Below, one piece after another: positions 20,847 through 29,499 of a stretch of DNA of 64,000 nt. The DNA lies in assembly GCA_963718235.1 (NCBI GenBank), contig CAVQYR010000001.1:1984001-2048000 (forward strand), given 5' to 3'. Both the position numbers and the translations under genes were made by a program. Numbering within the stretch: position 1 is the stretch's first letter; the number at the start of each line of letters is the position of its first letter. The notes below the pieces were generated by a model that did not search any database, was not told the origin of the DNA, and was given only the letters and a program-made list of their open reading frames with translations. This DNA comes from an uncultured Actinomycetota bacterium. GTDB taxonomy: Bacteria > Actinomycetota > Actinomycetes > JAHEKZ01.

Positions 20847-21515
20847 TCAGTGGTCGCGTCCTTCGACCGCCTCGAGCACCTGGGTGATGCCCTCACGCGC
20901 CCGCTCGACCCCCTCAGTGTCCCCCGAGATGAACAGCCGTCCAGCTGCACCGATCATCTGGACGTCGACCAGAGTGTTCTCCGGGGCCACCTTCTCCGCC
21001 TCGTTCGCCGCAACCGCTGCGAACAGCGCTGGCGTCATCTCGTACACCAACAGCGTCTCACCGGGCATGACCATGGACGCCTGGCGGTTCCGGTTCACGA
21101 TGACGGCGTGCTGGTCGGTGATGTCGTGGATCACGTCGGAGTAGAGGACTCGCGGCCGGAGCTGGTCCGACGGTGACGCACCGATCCCGTTCAAGATCGC
21201 GCGCCCCGCGCGCTGGACGTCCTCGAGGTCACGACCGTGCACCTCGAGCACCCCGAACTGGCGCTCGACGAACAGGATCCCGGGTTCGACCGTCGGCACC
21301 GACTTCAGCGCCAGGTCGATCACTCGCTCGATCGCCAGGCCCGGTGCCACCTCGACGATCAGCGCATGGTCACCCTGGAAGGGTGGATACCCCCGCGCCC
21401 GGGTGGGCGTCCCGAGGTACGCAGCGAACTGACGCTGCAGGTCCTCGATCAGCAGGTAGACGCGTAGCTCGGTCCGAGGAGCCTCCGACGCGCCTGCCAG
21501 GGGCGAGTCCGTCAT
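20847..21515 (-). CDS. BMC shell protein, tandem-domain BMC-T
   Basis: ELRVY, EVAPGLAIE, VERQFGVLEVH, ANEAEK, GAAGRLFISG: circularly permuted BMC-T signature. Confidence 0.88.
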   Translation of the reverse strand: MTDSPLAGASEAPRTELRVYLLIEDLQRQFAAYLGTPTRARGYPPFQGDHALIVEVAPGLAIERVIDLALKSVPTVEPGILFVERQFGVLEVHGRDLEDVQRAGRAILNGIGASPSDQLRPRVLYSDVIHDITDQHAVIVNRNRQASMVMPGETLLVYEMTPALFAAVAANEAEKVAPENTLVDVQMIGAAGRLFISGDTEGVERAREGITQVLEAVEGRDH

Positions 21516-21518
21516 GCC

Positions 21519-21803
21519 TCACTCTCCCCCGGTGACCTTGAAGTTCTTGCTCAGCTCGGCGTGCGGGCGTGGGATGACGTGCACGGACACGAGCTCTCCG
21601 ATCGAGGCAGCGGTCTCTGCCCCGGCCTCGGTGGCTGCCTTGACGGCTCCCACGTCACCGACGATGGTCACGGCGACGAGCCCGTCGCCCACCTCGTCGC
21701 GGCCGACGATGGTCACGTTGGCCGCCTTGACCATGGCGTCGGCCGCTGCCAGCGCAGCGACGTACCCCTTGGTCTCGATCATTCCGATCGCGTTGTTCGA
21801 CAT
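21519..21803 (-). CDS. BMC shell protein, BMC-H hexamer
   Basis: [37 protein letters not shown] canonical BMC-H motifs. GGAGAG RBS. Confidence 0.95.
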   Translation of the reverse strand: MSNNAIGMIETKGYVAALAAADAMVKAANVTIVGRDEVGDGLVAVTIVGDVGAVKAATEAGAETAASIGELVSVHVIPRPHAELSKNFKVTGGE

Positions 21804-21846
21804 CACTCTCTCCTCTTGCAGTGCGCGACGTACGTCGTCGCGGGCT

Positions 21847-22131
21847 TCAGGACTCCGCCCGGTGGGCACCGGTCGGTGCGGGTACGTCGACGTGGTCGAT
21901 GGACCCGATGATCAAGGCATCCAGGGGCGGTGGCTTGCCGGGAAACCAGGCCGCGGCTACCGACCCGGTGGCAACCAGGACGTGCTCACCGACCCCACTG
22001 CCGAGGACGTCGAACGCCACCATGCGGCTCCCGGAGTCCTCCACCTCGACCTCGAGGAACGCACCGTTCGGCAGCTCCTCCAGCCGTCTGGTCGCCCAGA
22101 CGTTCCCGACGACGACTGCTCGCAACATCAC
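21847..22131 (-). CDS. BMC vertex protein, BMC-P (EutN/CcmL family)
   Basis: [36 protein letters not shown] motifs. Confidence 0.92.
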   Translation of the reverse strand: MMLRAVVVGNVWATRRLEELPNGAFLEVEVEDSGSRMVAFDVLGSGVGEHVLVATGSVAAAWFPGKPPPLDALIIGSIDHVDVPAPTGAHRAES

Positions 22132-22589
22132 GGCTCCCTTTCGATGACGACGCCCAGGGCTCGCGCCTTGTCGCGGGCCAACGGCGTCAGAACGGCGCGC
22201 CGGCCGAGGAGCAGGGTCGCCCCGACCCGTGCGGCGTCCTTCACCTGCGCCTCGGTGACAGCTCCCTTGTCGATCCGACGCGAGGGGGGTGTTCGACCCG
22301 GCTGGGACCCGGCGGTCAGAACGAACCTGATCCGGCCGGACACCAGGTCGGCCCGCTGCTTGGGGTTGTCGGCCATGCTCAACACCCGCAGTGCGAACGC
22401 ATGCAGCTCGGTGTCGTCGCGCAAGGACACCTCATGGACGGTCTGCCCTGCGGCAGCGTCTGTGGAGAGCACCGTCGATGTGTCTCGGGCGGGCATCGTC
22501 CCGACGGCGTCTGGCAGCTCGTCCGACAGCACCTGTCGGATCATGGCACGCAGCCCGTCTCGGTCGAGGGAGCCCATGGACGAGGTCAC
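22128..22589 (-). CDS. BMC-associated hypothetical protein with N-terminal encapsulation-peptide-like helix
   Basis: N-term LDRDGLRAMIRQVLSDEL amphipathic helix. C-term GAVTEAQV...AVLTPLARDKARALGVVI module seen in BMC loci. Confidence 0.7.
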   Translation of the reverse strand: MTSSMGSLDRDGLRAMIRQVLSDELPDAVGTMPARDTSTVLSTDAAAGQTVHEVSLRDDTELHAFALRVLSMADNPKQRADLVSGRIRFVLTAGSQPGRTPPSRRIDKGAVTEAQVKDAARVGATLLLGRRAVLTPLARDKARALGVVIEREP

Positions 22590-23188
22590 CCGACCTCCCG
22601 CAGCGCGGCTTCGGCGGCCTCGGCCGCCTGCCGGACGTCGGACTCGGCACCGGCGAGGTACACCCGGCCCGTCGCTCCGATCATCCGATAGTCGACCACC
22701 TTGATCCGAGCGGCCTTCTCGGCTTCGTTGGTCGCGAGAATGGCGTACGACGCCGGCTGCATCTCCAGGACGAACAGCGACTCGCCGGGGAGGGCCATCG
22801 AGCCCATCTTGTTGCGGTTGATCAAGAACGCGTGCTGGTTGTCCAGCATGGTGATGATCTTCGCCGCCAGCACCTGTGGCTTGGTCGCGTCACTCTCCCG
22901 GGCCCCGAGCTCGTCGAGGACGGCGGACGCTGCGCTACGCACCTGAGCGGTGGGCCCGTGGATCTCGAGGTAGCCGAACTGTCGTTCGACGACGAGGATC
23001 CCGGCCGACACCTCAGCGTGCTTGAGCGCGACGTCGGTGAGCGGCTCGATGTCCAGCCCTGGAGCGATCTCGATCACCTGGGCCGCCATGTTGCTGCGCG
23101 GGAGGCTGCCCTTGATCCAGGTGCCGAGGTAGCTCATGGTCTGAGGCTGCATCTGGTCGATGAAGATGAACGAGCGAAGGTCTGCCAC
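22586..23188 (-). CDS. BMC shell protein, tandem-domain BMC-T (second copy)
   Basis: DLRSFIFID, EIAPGLDIE, VERQFGYLEIH, NEAEKAA, GATGRVYLAG. Paralogue of 20847..21515. Confidence 0.88.
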   Translation of the reverse strand: MADLRSFIFIDQMQPQTMSYLGTWIKGSLPRSNMAAQVIEIAPGLDIEPLTDVALKHAEVSAGILVVERQFGYLEIHGPTAQVRSAASAVLDELGARESDATKPQVLAAKIITMLDNQHAFLINRNKMGSMALPGESLFVLEMQPASYAILATNEAEKAARIKVVDYRMIGATGRVYLAGAESDVRQAAEAAEAALREVG

Positions 23189-23189
23189 G

Positions 23190-24764
23190 TCAGCCCCTGA
23201 TGATCTGGTTGAGCTCTTCGACGATCATGCGTCGGATCTCCTCACGGACGTCAGCGGCTTCGATGGTCAGGTCGGCACCCTGCCGGTGCGCAGCGGCTTC
23301 CGTCGCTGGTGAGGCAGCGTCGAGGTTCGACGCCGTCGGGTAGGGCGGCACGTGTCCTTGCGGATGAACCCACGGCACCATCCCCGAGAACTCGCCGAAC
23401 GGCTCGTCGACGTCGGAGTTGTAGGCGATCCGCGTCCAGTTCACCAGGTGCTTGGGCTGCAGGTTCTCACCCACCGAGGATCGTCCGGCGAATCCGGTCC
23501 CGATGGTCATCGACGGCGGCAGGTTGGTCTCGATCCCCGAGCTACCGAGGCTGTTGCCCACGTTGACCGACACGCGCAGCACCGGCACGGCTGCGCTGTA
23601 GCTCATCACCGTGCGAGCGTCCTTGCTGTGAATGGCGGCCGAGTGGCCAGCGCCGGTGATCCGGAGCACCGCGCGTGCCACATCGATCCCGCGGTCCACG
23701 TTCGGCACGGTCACCAGGCCGAGCACGGGACACAGCTTCTCGTGCGCCAGCAGCTCCTCTGGCACCACGAGGTCGAACGGGGCCAGCAGCACCTTGGTGT
23801 TGGCGTGCACCCTGATCCCCGCCTGGTCGGCGATCCAGGCTGCGCTCTTGCCCACCATGCGGGTGTCGAAGTGACCGGCAGGGAAGAGCAGGGCCCGGAT
23901 GCGGTCCCGCTCGTCGTCCGCCAACAGGTAGGCGCCCTCCCGCTCCATGAGCTTGGTGAGCCGTTCGCGAACCGACTCCTCGACGATGAGGACACTCTCG
24001 TTGGTGCACAGGATCGAGTGGTCGAAGCTCTTGCTCTCGATGATCCGGCGGGCCGCCTTCGCCAGATCTGCCGAGGCATCGACGAGCACGGGGACGTTGC
24101 CCGGCCCCACCCCGATCGCCGGGTTCCCCGACCGGTAGGCGGCCCGGACGACGGGAGATCCCCCGGTCGCCACGATGACGTCGGTCCGCTCGTCGGTCAT
24201 GAGGGCGTTGATCAGGGGGACCGACGGCTCCTCGACAACCTGCACGATCCCGTCCGGGGCGCCGGCAGCGACCGCGGCGTCCGCCATCGTCCGCGCTGCA
24301 TCGGCACAGACCACGCGAGCGAACGGGTGCGGACTGATCACGATGGCGTTCCGGGTCATCAGCGCCAGCAGCGTCTTGAAGAAGACACTGGCCACCGGGT
24401 TCGTGGACGGCGTGAGCGCGAGGACGACACCGGCCGGCCTGGGTACCTCGACGATCTTCGCGGCGTGGTCGATCCGGGGGGTCACGTAGTCGTGGTCGCG
24501 GTACGTCTGGACCAGGCCCCGCGAGCAGGACATGTTCTTCAGCAACTTGTGCTCGGCGACGCCGAAGCCGGTCTCGGCCACCGCGCGCTCGGCGAACTCC
24601 TCAGCCCGCGCCGCCCCGGCCTCGGCCGCGGCTTGAACGACACGGTCGACGGTGGCCTTGTCGTAGCGGGCGTATGCCTGCGCTGCCCAGTCGGCGCGCT
24701 CGACCATGGCACGACCCCGGGGCACCCCGGCGGGTTCCATCACCAGCTCTGCGGTCTCGCTCAC
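23190..24764 (-). CDS. CoA-acylating aldehyde dehydrogenase (EutE/PduP-like) with C-terminal encapsulation peptide
   Basis: TPSTNP, SPHP, ATGG, GVGPGN, SKSFDHSILCTNE (catalytic Cys), EKLCPVL, GHSAAIHS motifs. GTG start overlaps the upstream stop. Confidence 0.88.
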   Translation of the reverse strand: MSETAELVMEPAGVPRGRAMVERADWAAQAYARYDKATVDRVVQAAAEAGAARAEEFAERAVAETGFGVAEHKLLKNMSCSRGLVQTYRDHDYVTPRIDHAAKIVEVPRPAGVVLALTPSTNPVASVFFKTLLALMTRNAIVISPHPFARVVCADAARTMADAAVAAGAPDGIVQVVEEPSVPLINALMTDERTDVIVATGGSPVVRAAYRSGNPAIGVGPGNVPVLVDASADLAKAARRIIESKSFDHSILCTNESVLIVEESVRERLTKLMEREGAYLLADDERDRIRALLFPAGHFDTRMVGKSAAWIADQAGIRVHANTKVLLAPFDLVVPEELLAHEKLCPVLGLVTVPNVDRGIDVARAVLRITGAGHSAAIHSKDARTVMSYSAAVPVLRVSVNVGNSLGSSGIETNLPPSMTIGTGFAGRSSVGENLQPKHLVNWTRIAYNSDVDEPFGEFSGMVPWVHPQGHVPPYPTASNLDAASPATEAAAHRQGADLTIEAADVREEIRRMIVEELNQIIRG

Positions 24765-26051
24765 GACGCCCTCCGACCGAGGTGGGCGACCTCGGCCCGG
24801 GCTTTGGCTATCGCCACCTCGGTCCGGTCGAGCAGCTCCTCCACGATCTCCGGCTTGAGCAGGATCCCGGGCTTGTACTGCAGCACCCGGGGGTCGAGTG
24901 TGGAGAAGATCGCCCACACGCCGTTCTCGTACAGGTTCTTCATGACGTACTTGGCGCCCTGGGGGTGGTCGAACTCAAGCCCCATTACGACGCCGTTCTG
25001 CCGGATGCCGACGAACCAGTCCGGGTACGTCGCCTGGATCTCACGCAAGCCTCGTCCGATCCGGTCGGCGATGTAGTGCACCATCGAGCGGGTCTCGGGC
25101 CGGCTGGAGATCTCCAGGGCCTTCAACGCGGCGATGCACCCCAGCTCGGCCCCGCCGAACGTGGAGATGTGGCCGAAGCCGTCCTCCTCCAGCCACCCGG
25201 CGGCGGCGTCGGTGACCAGGACGGCTGCGATCGGGTACATACCCCCGCTGATGCCCTTGCCGGTGACCAGGATGTCCGGGGTGATGCCGTGCTTGGTGAT
25301 GCCCCACAGCTCACCGGTCCGCATCAGGCCGGTCTGCACCTCGTCGGCGATGTAGAGGGAGCCGTACCTCTCACACATCCCTTTGACGGCCTCGAGGTAG
25401 CCCGGGTTCAGGCAGGGGGAAACCGTAGGTGGCCGGGATCGTCTCCATGATGACGGCCGCCACGTCACGCCCACGCAGCGCGGCGTCCATGGCGTCGAGG
25501 TCGTTGAACGGGACGTGCGGGAACTCCTCCGGCTGGTCGGACAGGAACAGCTTGGAGAACCGGTCGTCACCGGTGGCCACGGCCAGGCCGGTGTGTCCGT
25601 GGTACGCCTTGACGATGGACACGATCTTGCGTCGCTGTGTGGCATGGCGAGCGGTCTTGAGCGCGATGTCGATCGCCTCACCACCGCCACTGCCGTAGAC
25701 GACCTTGGCCAGACCCTCAGGGGCTGAGGTGATCAACGCCTCGGCGAGCGCCGTGCGCGCGAGCGAAGGGAAGTGGTGGTTGCCGATGTCGAAGCGCTGC
25801 ATGGCCACGGTGACGGCCTGAACGATCTCGCTGTTGCGGTGGCCGAGGCTGTAGGTGCCGCCGTTGAGGTGCACGTCGATCAACCGCTGGCCGGACATGT
25901 CGTAGATGAAGTACTCCTCGCGCCGGTCGATGACCAGCGGTACCCCTGAGTCGATCCAGAACTGGGTCTTGCCGGGGTTCCAGAACTCCTTCGACTTCGC
26001 CAGGACGTCGTCCTTGGAGTCGAAGCTGAAGAACCCGTAGTCGAAGGCCAT
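24761..26051 (-). CDS. Class III PLP enzyme; probable aminopropanol-phosphate phospho-lyase; one apparent +1 frameshift at ~25401-25406
   Basis: N-half in ORF 25371..26141 (LGHRN, GGEAIDIALK, YHGHT, ETIPATYG). C-half in ORF 24761..25690 (ADEVQTGLMRTG, PDILVTGKGISGG, HISTFGG). Removing one G from CCCGGGCTAC restores FPLPEPGYLEAVK. Confidence 0.82.
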
Positions 26052-26109
26052 GACCACCGTCCGTCGCCCGGCGTCCCTTCGGTCGAGCGGCCCGTGCCCG
26101 AAGTCGCCG

Positions 26110-26165
26110 TGTAGACCAAATACGAATTGGTACAGACCCAATTGTTACCTGATCAGACCAAAACG
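26110..26165. promoter_or_regulatory. Putative GntR/HutC-family operator array in the divergent promoter
   Basis: AGACC(A/C) at 26113, 26134 and 26155 (exact 21-bp period). Central palindrome AATTGG-TACAGAC-CCAATT (26125-26143). AT-rich patch. Resembles the TGGTNTAGACCA-type HutC-subfamily consensus. Confidence 0.6.
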
Positions 26166-26395
26166 GTCAATAGGTCCCGCAAGAGCGAGCCGAAACCGGT
26201 CGAAGACTCGCCCGCGAACCCCTCGAGAAACGCTGGACACTGGGCCGAACGAGTGCCACCATCGGCCCACCCTGTGGCGTAGGTCACAAGGGACGCGGTC
26301 CAGGTTGGCGCCGATCGGGGCGATTCGGTCCGGTCGGTGAGCCACCTTGGCTCGCGCAGGTGTCCAGTAGATCGGCCACGACGAAGGGCGAACTC

Positions 26396-27987
26396 GTGAC
26401 AGCACCCCAGAACCTGACGGGCGACCAGTTCGAACACGCGCCCGTCCCCCGCGCAGAGAGCTCCAACAAGCTCAAGGTCGGCGCCATCGGACTGTTCGGC
26501 GTCTTGTTCATGGCGGTGGCCAACGCGGCCCCGATCACGGCCATGACCGGCAACGTGCCGATCGCGGTCGCCTTCGGCAACGGCATCGGCGCCCCCGCCG
26601 GCTTCCTCGTCGCCACGATCGTGCTGACCCTCTTCACGGTCGGCTTCATCGTCGATGGCTCGGTACATCACCACCGCAGGTGCCTTCTACGGCTTCATCT
26701 CGCACGGGCTCGGCCAGATCTGGGGTATGGCCGCCGGGGCGCTGGCCACCATGGCCTACGTCGTGTTCGAGGGCTCCCTGATCGGGATCTTCTCCTACTT
26801 CGGCAACAGCGTGCTCAACGACTGGTTCGGCTGGAACATCAACTGGCTGATCATCGCCATCATCGGCATCGTGGTCGATCGCGATCTTCGGCTACTACGA
26901 CATCAACATCGCCGCCGCCGTGCTCGGCGTTCTTCCTGTCTGCGAGGTGCTCCTCCTCGGAGCGATCGCCTTCGGGATCTTGTTCCAGGGCGGCGGACCC
27001 GACGGCATCATCACCGAGGCGGTCAACCCGGCAAACGCCTTCAAGAACGGCCCTGAAGGGGGCGGGCTTCGGCATCGAGGGCCTTGCTGCCGGCAGCGCC
27101 GCGATCGGCGTCTTCTTCGCCTTCTGGTCGTGGGTGGGCTATCGAGACGACCGCGGTGTACGGCGAGGAGTCGCGGAACCCGAAGAAGATCGTGCCGATG
27201 GCCACGCTCATCGCGGTGGTCGGCCTCGGCCTGTTCTACACCTTCGTCTCATGGATGGTCATCTCCGGGAACGGCGTCGAGCAGTCGTTCAAGCTTGGCC
27301 CTCACCGACAGCATCGGGATGTTCACCGGGCAGGCCGACGACGTGCTGGGCAGCTGGTCGGTCTACGTCTACCAGTTCCTCATCGTGATGGGTTCCTTCG
27401 CGTGTGCGCTTGCCTTCCACAACGCGGCATCTCGCGTACATCTACGCAGTCGGCCGCGAGCTTCCTGCCACCAAGAACACCCTGGGCGCGACGCATGGAG
27501 TTCACCACTCGCCCCACATCGCGTCGGCGGTGCAGGCGGTGATCACCCTGCTGTTCACCTCGGCTTCTACTTCCTGACCGTCGGGGGCGACGACCCAGTT
27601 CAAGGCGCGTACATCTACCAGTACGGCCTGCTCGCAGTGCTCGGGACGTTCGCGATCTTGATCGTGCAGGCCATCTGTTCGCTCGCCGTCATCTGGTACT
27701 TCCATGTGAAGAAGGTGCACCCCGGCAACATCGTCACTACGGGGATCATCCCGGCACTCGGCGGGCTCGGCATGGCTCTACGTCTGCTACTTGCTGATCA
27801 GAACACGGGAGTTCGCCGGCGGCGGTGCGGCGGGCTCGCCGTTCTTCACCTGCATCTGGTATCACCGTGGTGGGTACTTTCCTCCTCGGCCTGTTCGGGG
27901 CTTTGTACCTGCGCAGCTCCAGCCCGACGTTTCCAGTCGATCGGCCGCACCGTGCTCGAAGAGCGCGCGAACGCGCCTGTCCCCTGA
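26396..27987 (+). pseudogene. APC-family amino acid/amine permease with many frameshifts (pseudogene or sequencing error)
   Basis: Permease segments alternate among frames: ANAAPITAMTGNVP; MARYITTAGAFYGFISHGLG; FFAFWSWVG / ETTAVYGEESRNPKK; GSFACALAFHNAASR; HSPHIAS; IIPALGGLGM. At least 8 frame changes. Confidence 0.8.
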
Positions 27988-28050
27988 CCTGACCGGATGC
28001 GAGGTGCGGGAAGCTCTCCGCACCCGCTCTGGCGTCCGGACGCGAACTCG

Positions 28051-29091
28051 ATGGAGTTCCAGCCGATGATCCGTCCAGTTCGGCATGATCGACCGGACGC
28101 CGAGCCGAGCGGCCCGACCTACACCTTCGGCGGGGCGGCGCCGGTGGCCACCATCCGTCCGGGCACGATCCTGTCGACATCGACCCTGGACTGCTTCGCC
28201 GGCAGGGTCCGCACGACGTCCGACCTGTCGTCGCAGGTGTGCGACCCGCGCTACCTGAACCCGCAGACCGGGCCCTTCTACGTCGAGGGCGCCGAGCCGG
28301 GAGACACCCTGGCGGTTCACTTCGTCAGCATCGAGCCCCATGAGGACTGGGGCGTGAGCACGACGGTCCCACTCTTCGGAGCCCTCACCAGCACACCGAC
28401 CACGGCAACCCTGCAGCCCGCGCTGCCCGAGCTGACCTGGATCTACGAGCTCGACCGGCAGGAGCGCCTGGTCCACTACAGCGCCCTGCGCAGCAGCCAC
28501 ACCGTGGCCCTGCCCATGGACCCGATGCACGGAACGGTGGGAGTCGCACCCGGACTCGGAGAGGTGCGCTCGTCACTGGCCCCGGGCGACTGGGGCGGGA
28601 ACATGGACACCCCGGAGATGCGCGTCGGGACGACGTGCTACCTCGGGGTGAACGTCGAAGGAGCCCTGTTCAGCCTGGGTGACGGCCATGCCCGACAGGG
28701 CGAGGGGGAACCCTGCGGGGTCGCGGTCGAGTGCGCCATGGACTCCGTGCTCCTCGTCGAACTCATCAAGGGAGTCCCCACACCGTGGCCGCGGCTCGAG
28801 AACGACACCTTCGTCATGACCACCGGGTCGACCAAGCCGCTCGAGGACGCCTTCCGGGTGGCCCACGTGCAGATGGTGCGGTGGGTCGCCGAGCTGACCG
28901 GGCTGGACGAGATGGATGCCTACCAGCTCGTGGCACAGGCCGCACTGACGCCGGTGGCCAACGTCTGCGACACCGTGTACACCATGGTCTGCAAGGTCGC
29001 CAAGGACTACCTGCCCGGCGCCCAGCCGATGCAGGGCACGCACACCCGGATGCGAGCAGTCGCCGACACCTGGCGTGAGGCGCAACGATGA
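28051..29091 (+). CDS. Acetamidase/formamidase family protein
   Basis: LNPQTGPFYVEGAEPGDTLAV, PMHGTVGVAP, GGNMD, GALFSLGDGHARQGEGE..G.AVE motifs. Start uncertain (28051-28066). Confidence 0.88.
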   Translation: MEFQPMIRPVRHDRPDAEPSGPTYTFGGAAPVATIRPGTILSTSTLDCFAGRVRTTSDLSSQVCDPRYLNPQTGPFYVEGAEPGDTLAVHFVSIEPHEDWGVSTTVPLFGALTSTPTTATLQPALPELTWIYELDRQERLVHYSALRSSHTVALPMDPMHGTVGVAPGLGEVRSSLAPGDWGGNMDTPEMRVGTTCYLGVNVEGALFSLGDGHARQGEGEPCGVAVECAMDSVLLVELIKGVPTPWPRLENDTFVMTTGSTKPLEDAFRVAHVQMVRWVAELTGLDEMDAYQLVAQAALTPVANVCDTVYTMVCKVAKDYLPGAQPMQGTHTRMRAVADTWREAQR

Positions 29092-29498
29092 CCTCAGTCG
29101 ACCTGGCCTTCGCCCTGCGCATGTGCCGTGCAGCCGTCGAGCGCGCATCCCACCTCGACGCGCTCGTCTCGGTCGCCGTGGTCGATGCGGGAGGCCACCT
29201 CGTCGCCTTCCAGCGCATGGACGGCGCCGAGATCGCCGGGCCGACGCTGGCCACCGACAAGGCGTACACGGCGGTCGCACACCGGATCGCGACCCATGAG
29301 CTCACCGCGCTCACCGCACCCGGGGGCGCGCTGCAAGGCATGTACTCGAACGGTGGGGGCCGCTACATCGCCTTCGGCGGTGGCCTGCCACTGTGGCGGG
29401 CCGGCGGCGTGGTCGGGGGCGTCGGCGTCAGCGGCGGGACCGCGGCGCAGGACCTCGAGAGCGCGCGGTCCGCGGCCGCACTGTGGGACATTGACTGA
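29088..29498 (+). CDS. GlcG/HbpS/PduO-C-terminal-type heme-binding protein
   Basis: VAVVDAGGHLVAFQRMDGA, KAYTA, FGGGLPL, GGVGVSGG...QD motifs. Confidence 0.88.
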   Translation: MTSVDLAFALRMCRAAVERASHLDALVSVAVVDAGGHLVAFQRMDGAEIAGPTLATDKAYTAVAHRIATHELTALTAPGGALQGMYSNGGGRYIAFGGGLPLWRAGGVVGGVGVSGGTAAQDLESARSAAALWDID

Positions 29499-29499
29499 C

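Noticed and set aside
26166-26395. Cobalamin riboswitch upstream of the B12-dehydratase arm
   Set aside because: I could not find the B12-box elements (GGGAA...GCCACTG...GGGAAGG) here or at 27990-28050.
29128-29499. 124-aa N-terminal extension of the dehydratase in the ORF track
   Set aside because: It overlaps the heme-binding gene in another frame. Homology begins at the ATG at 29500.
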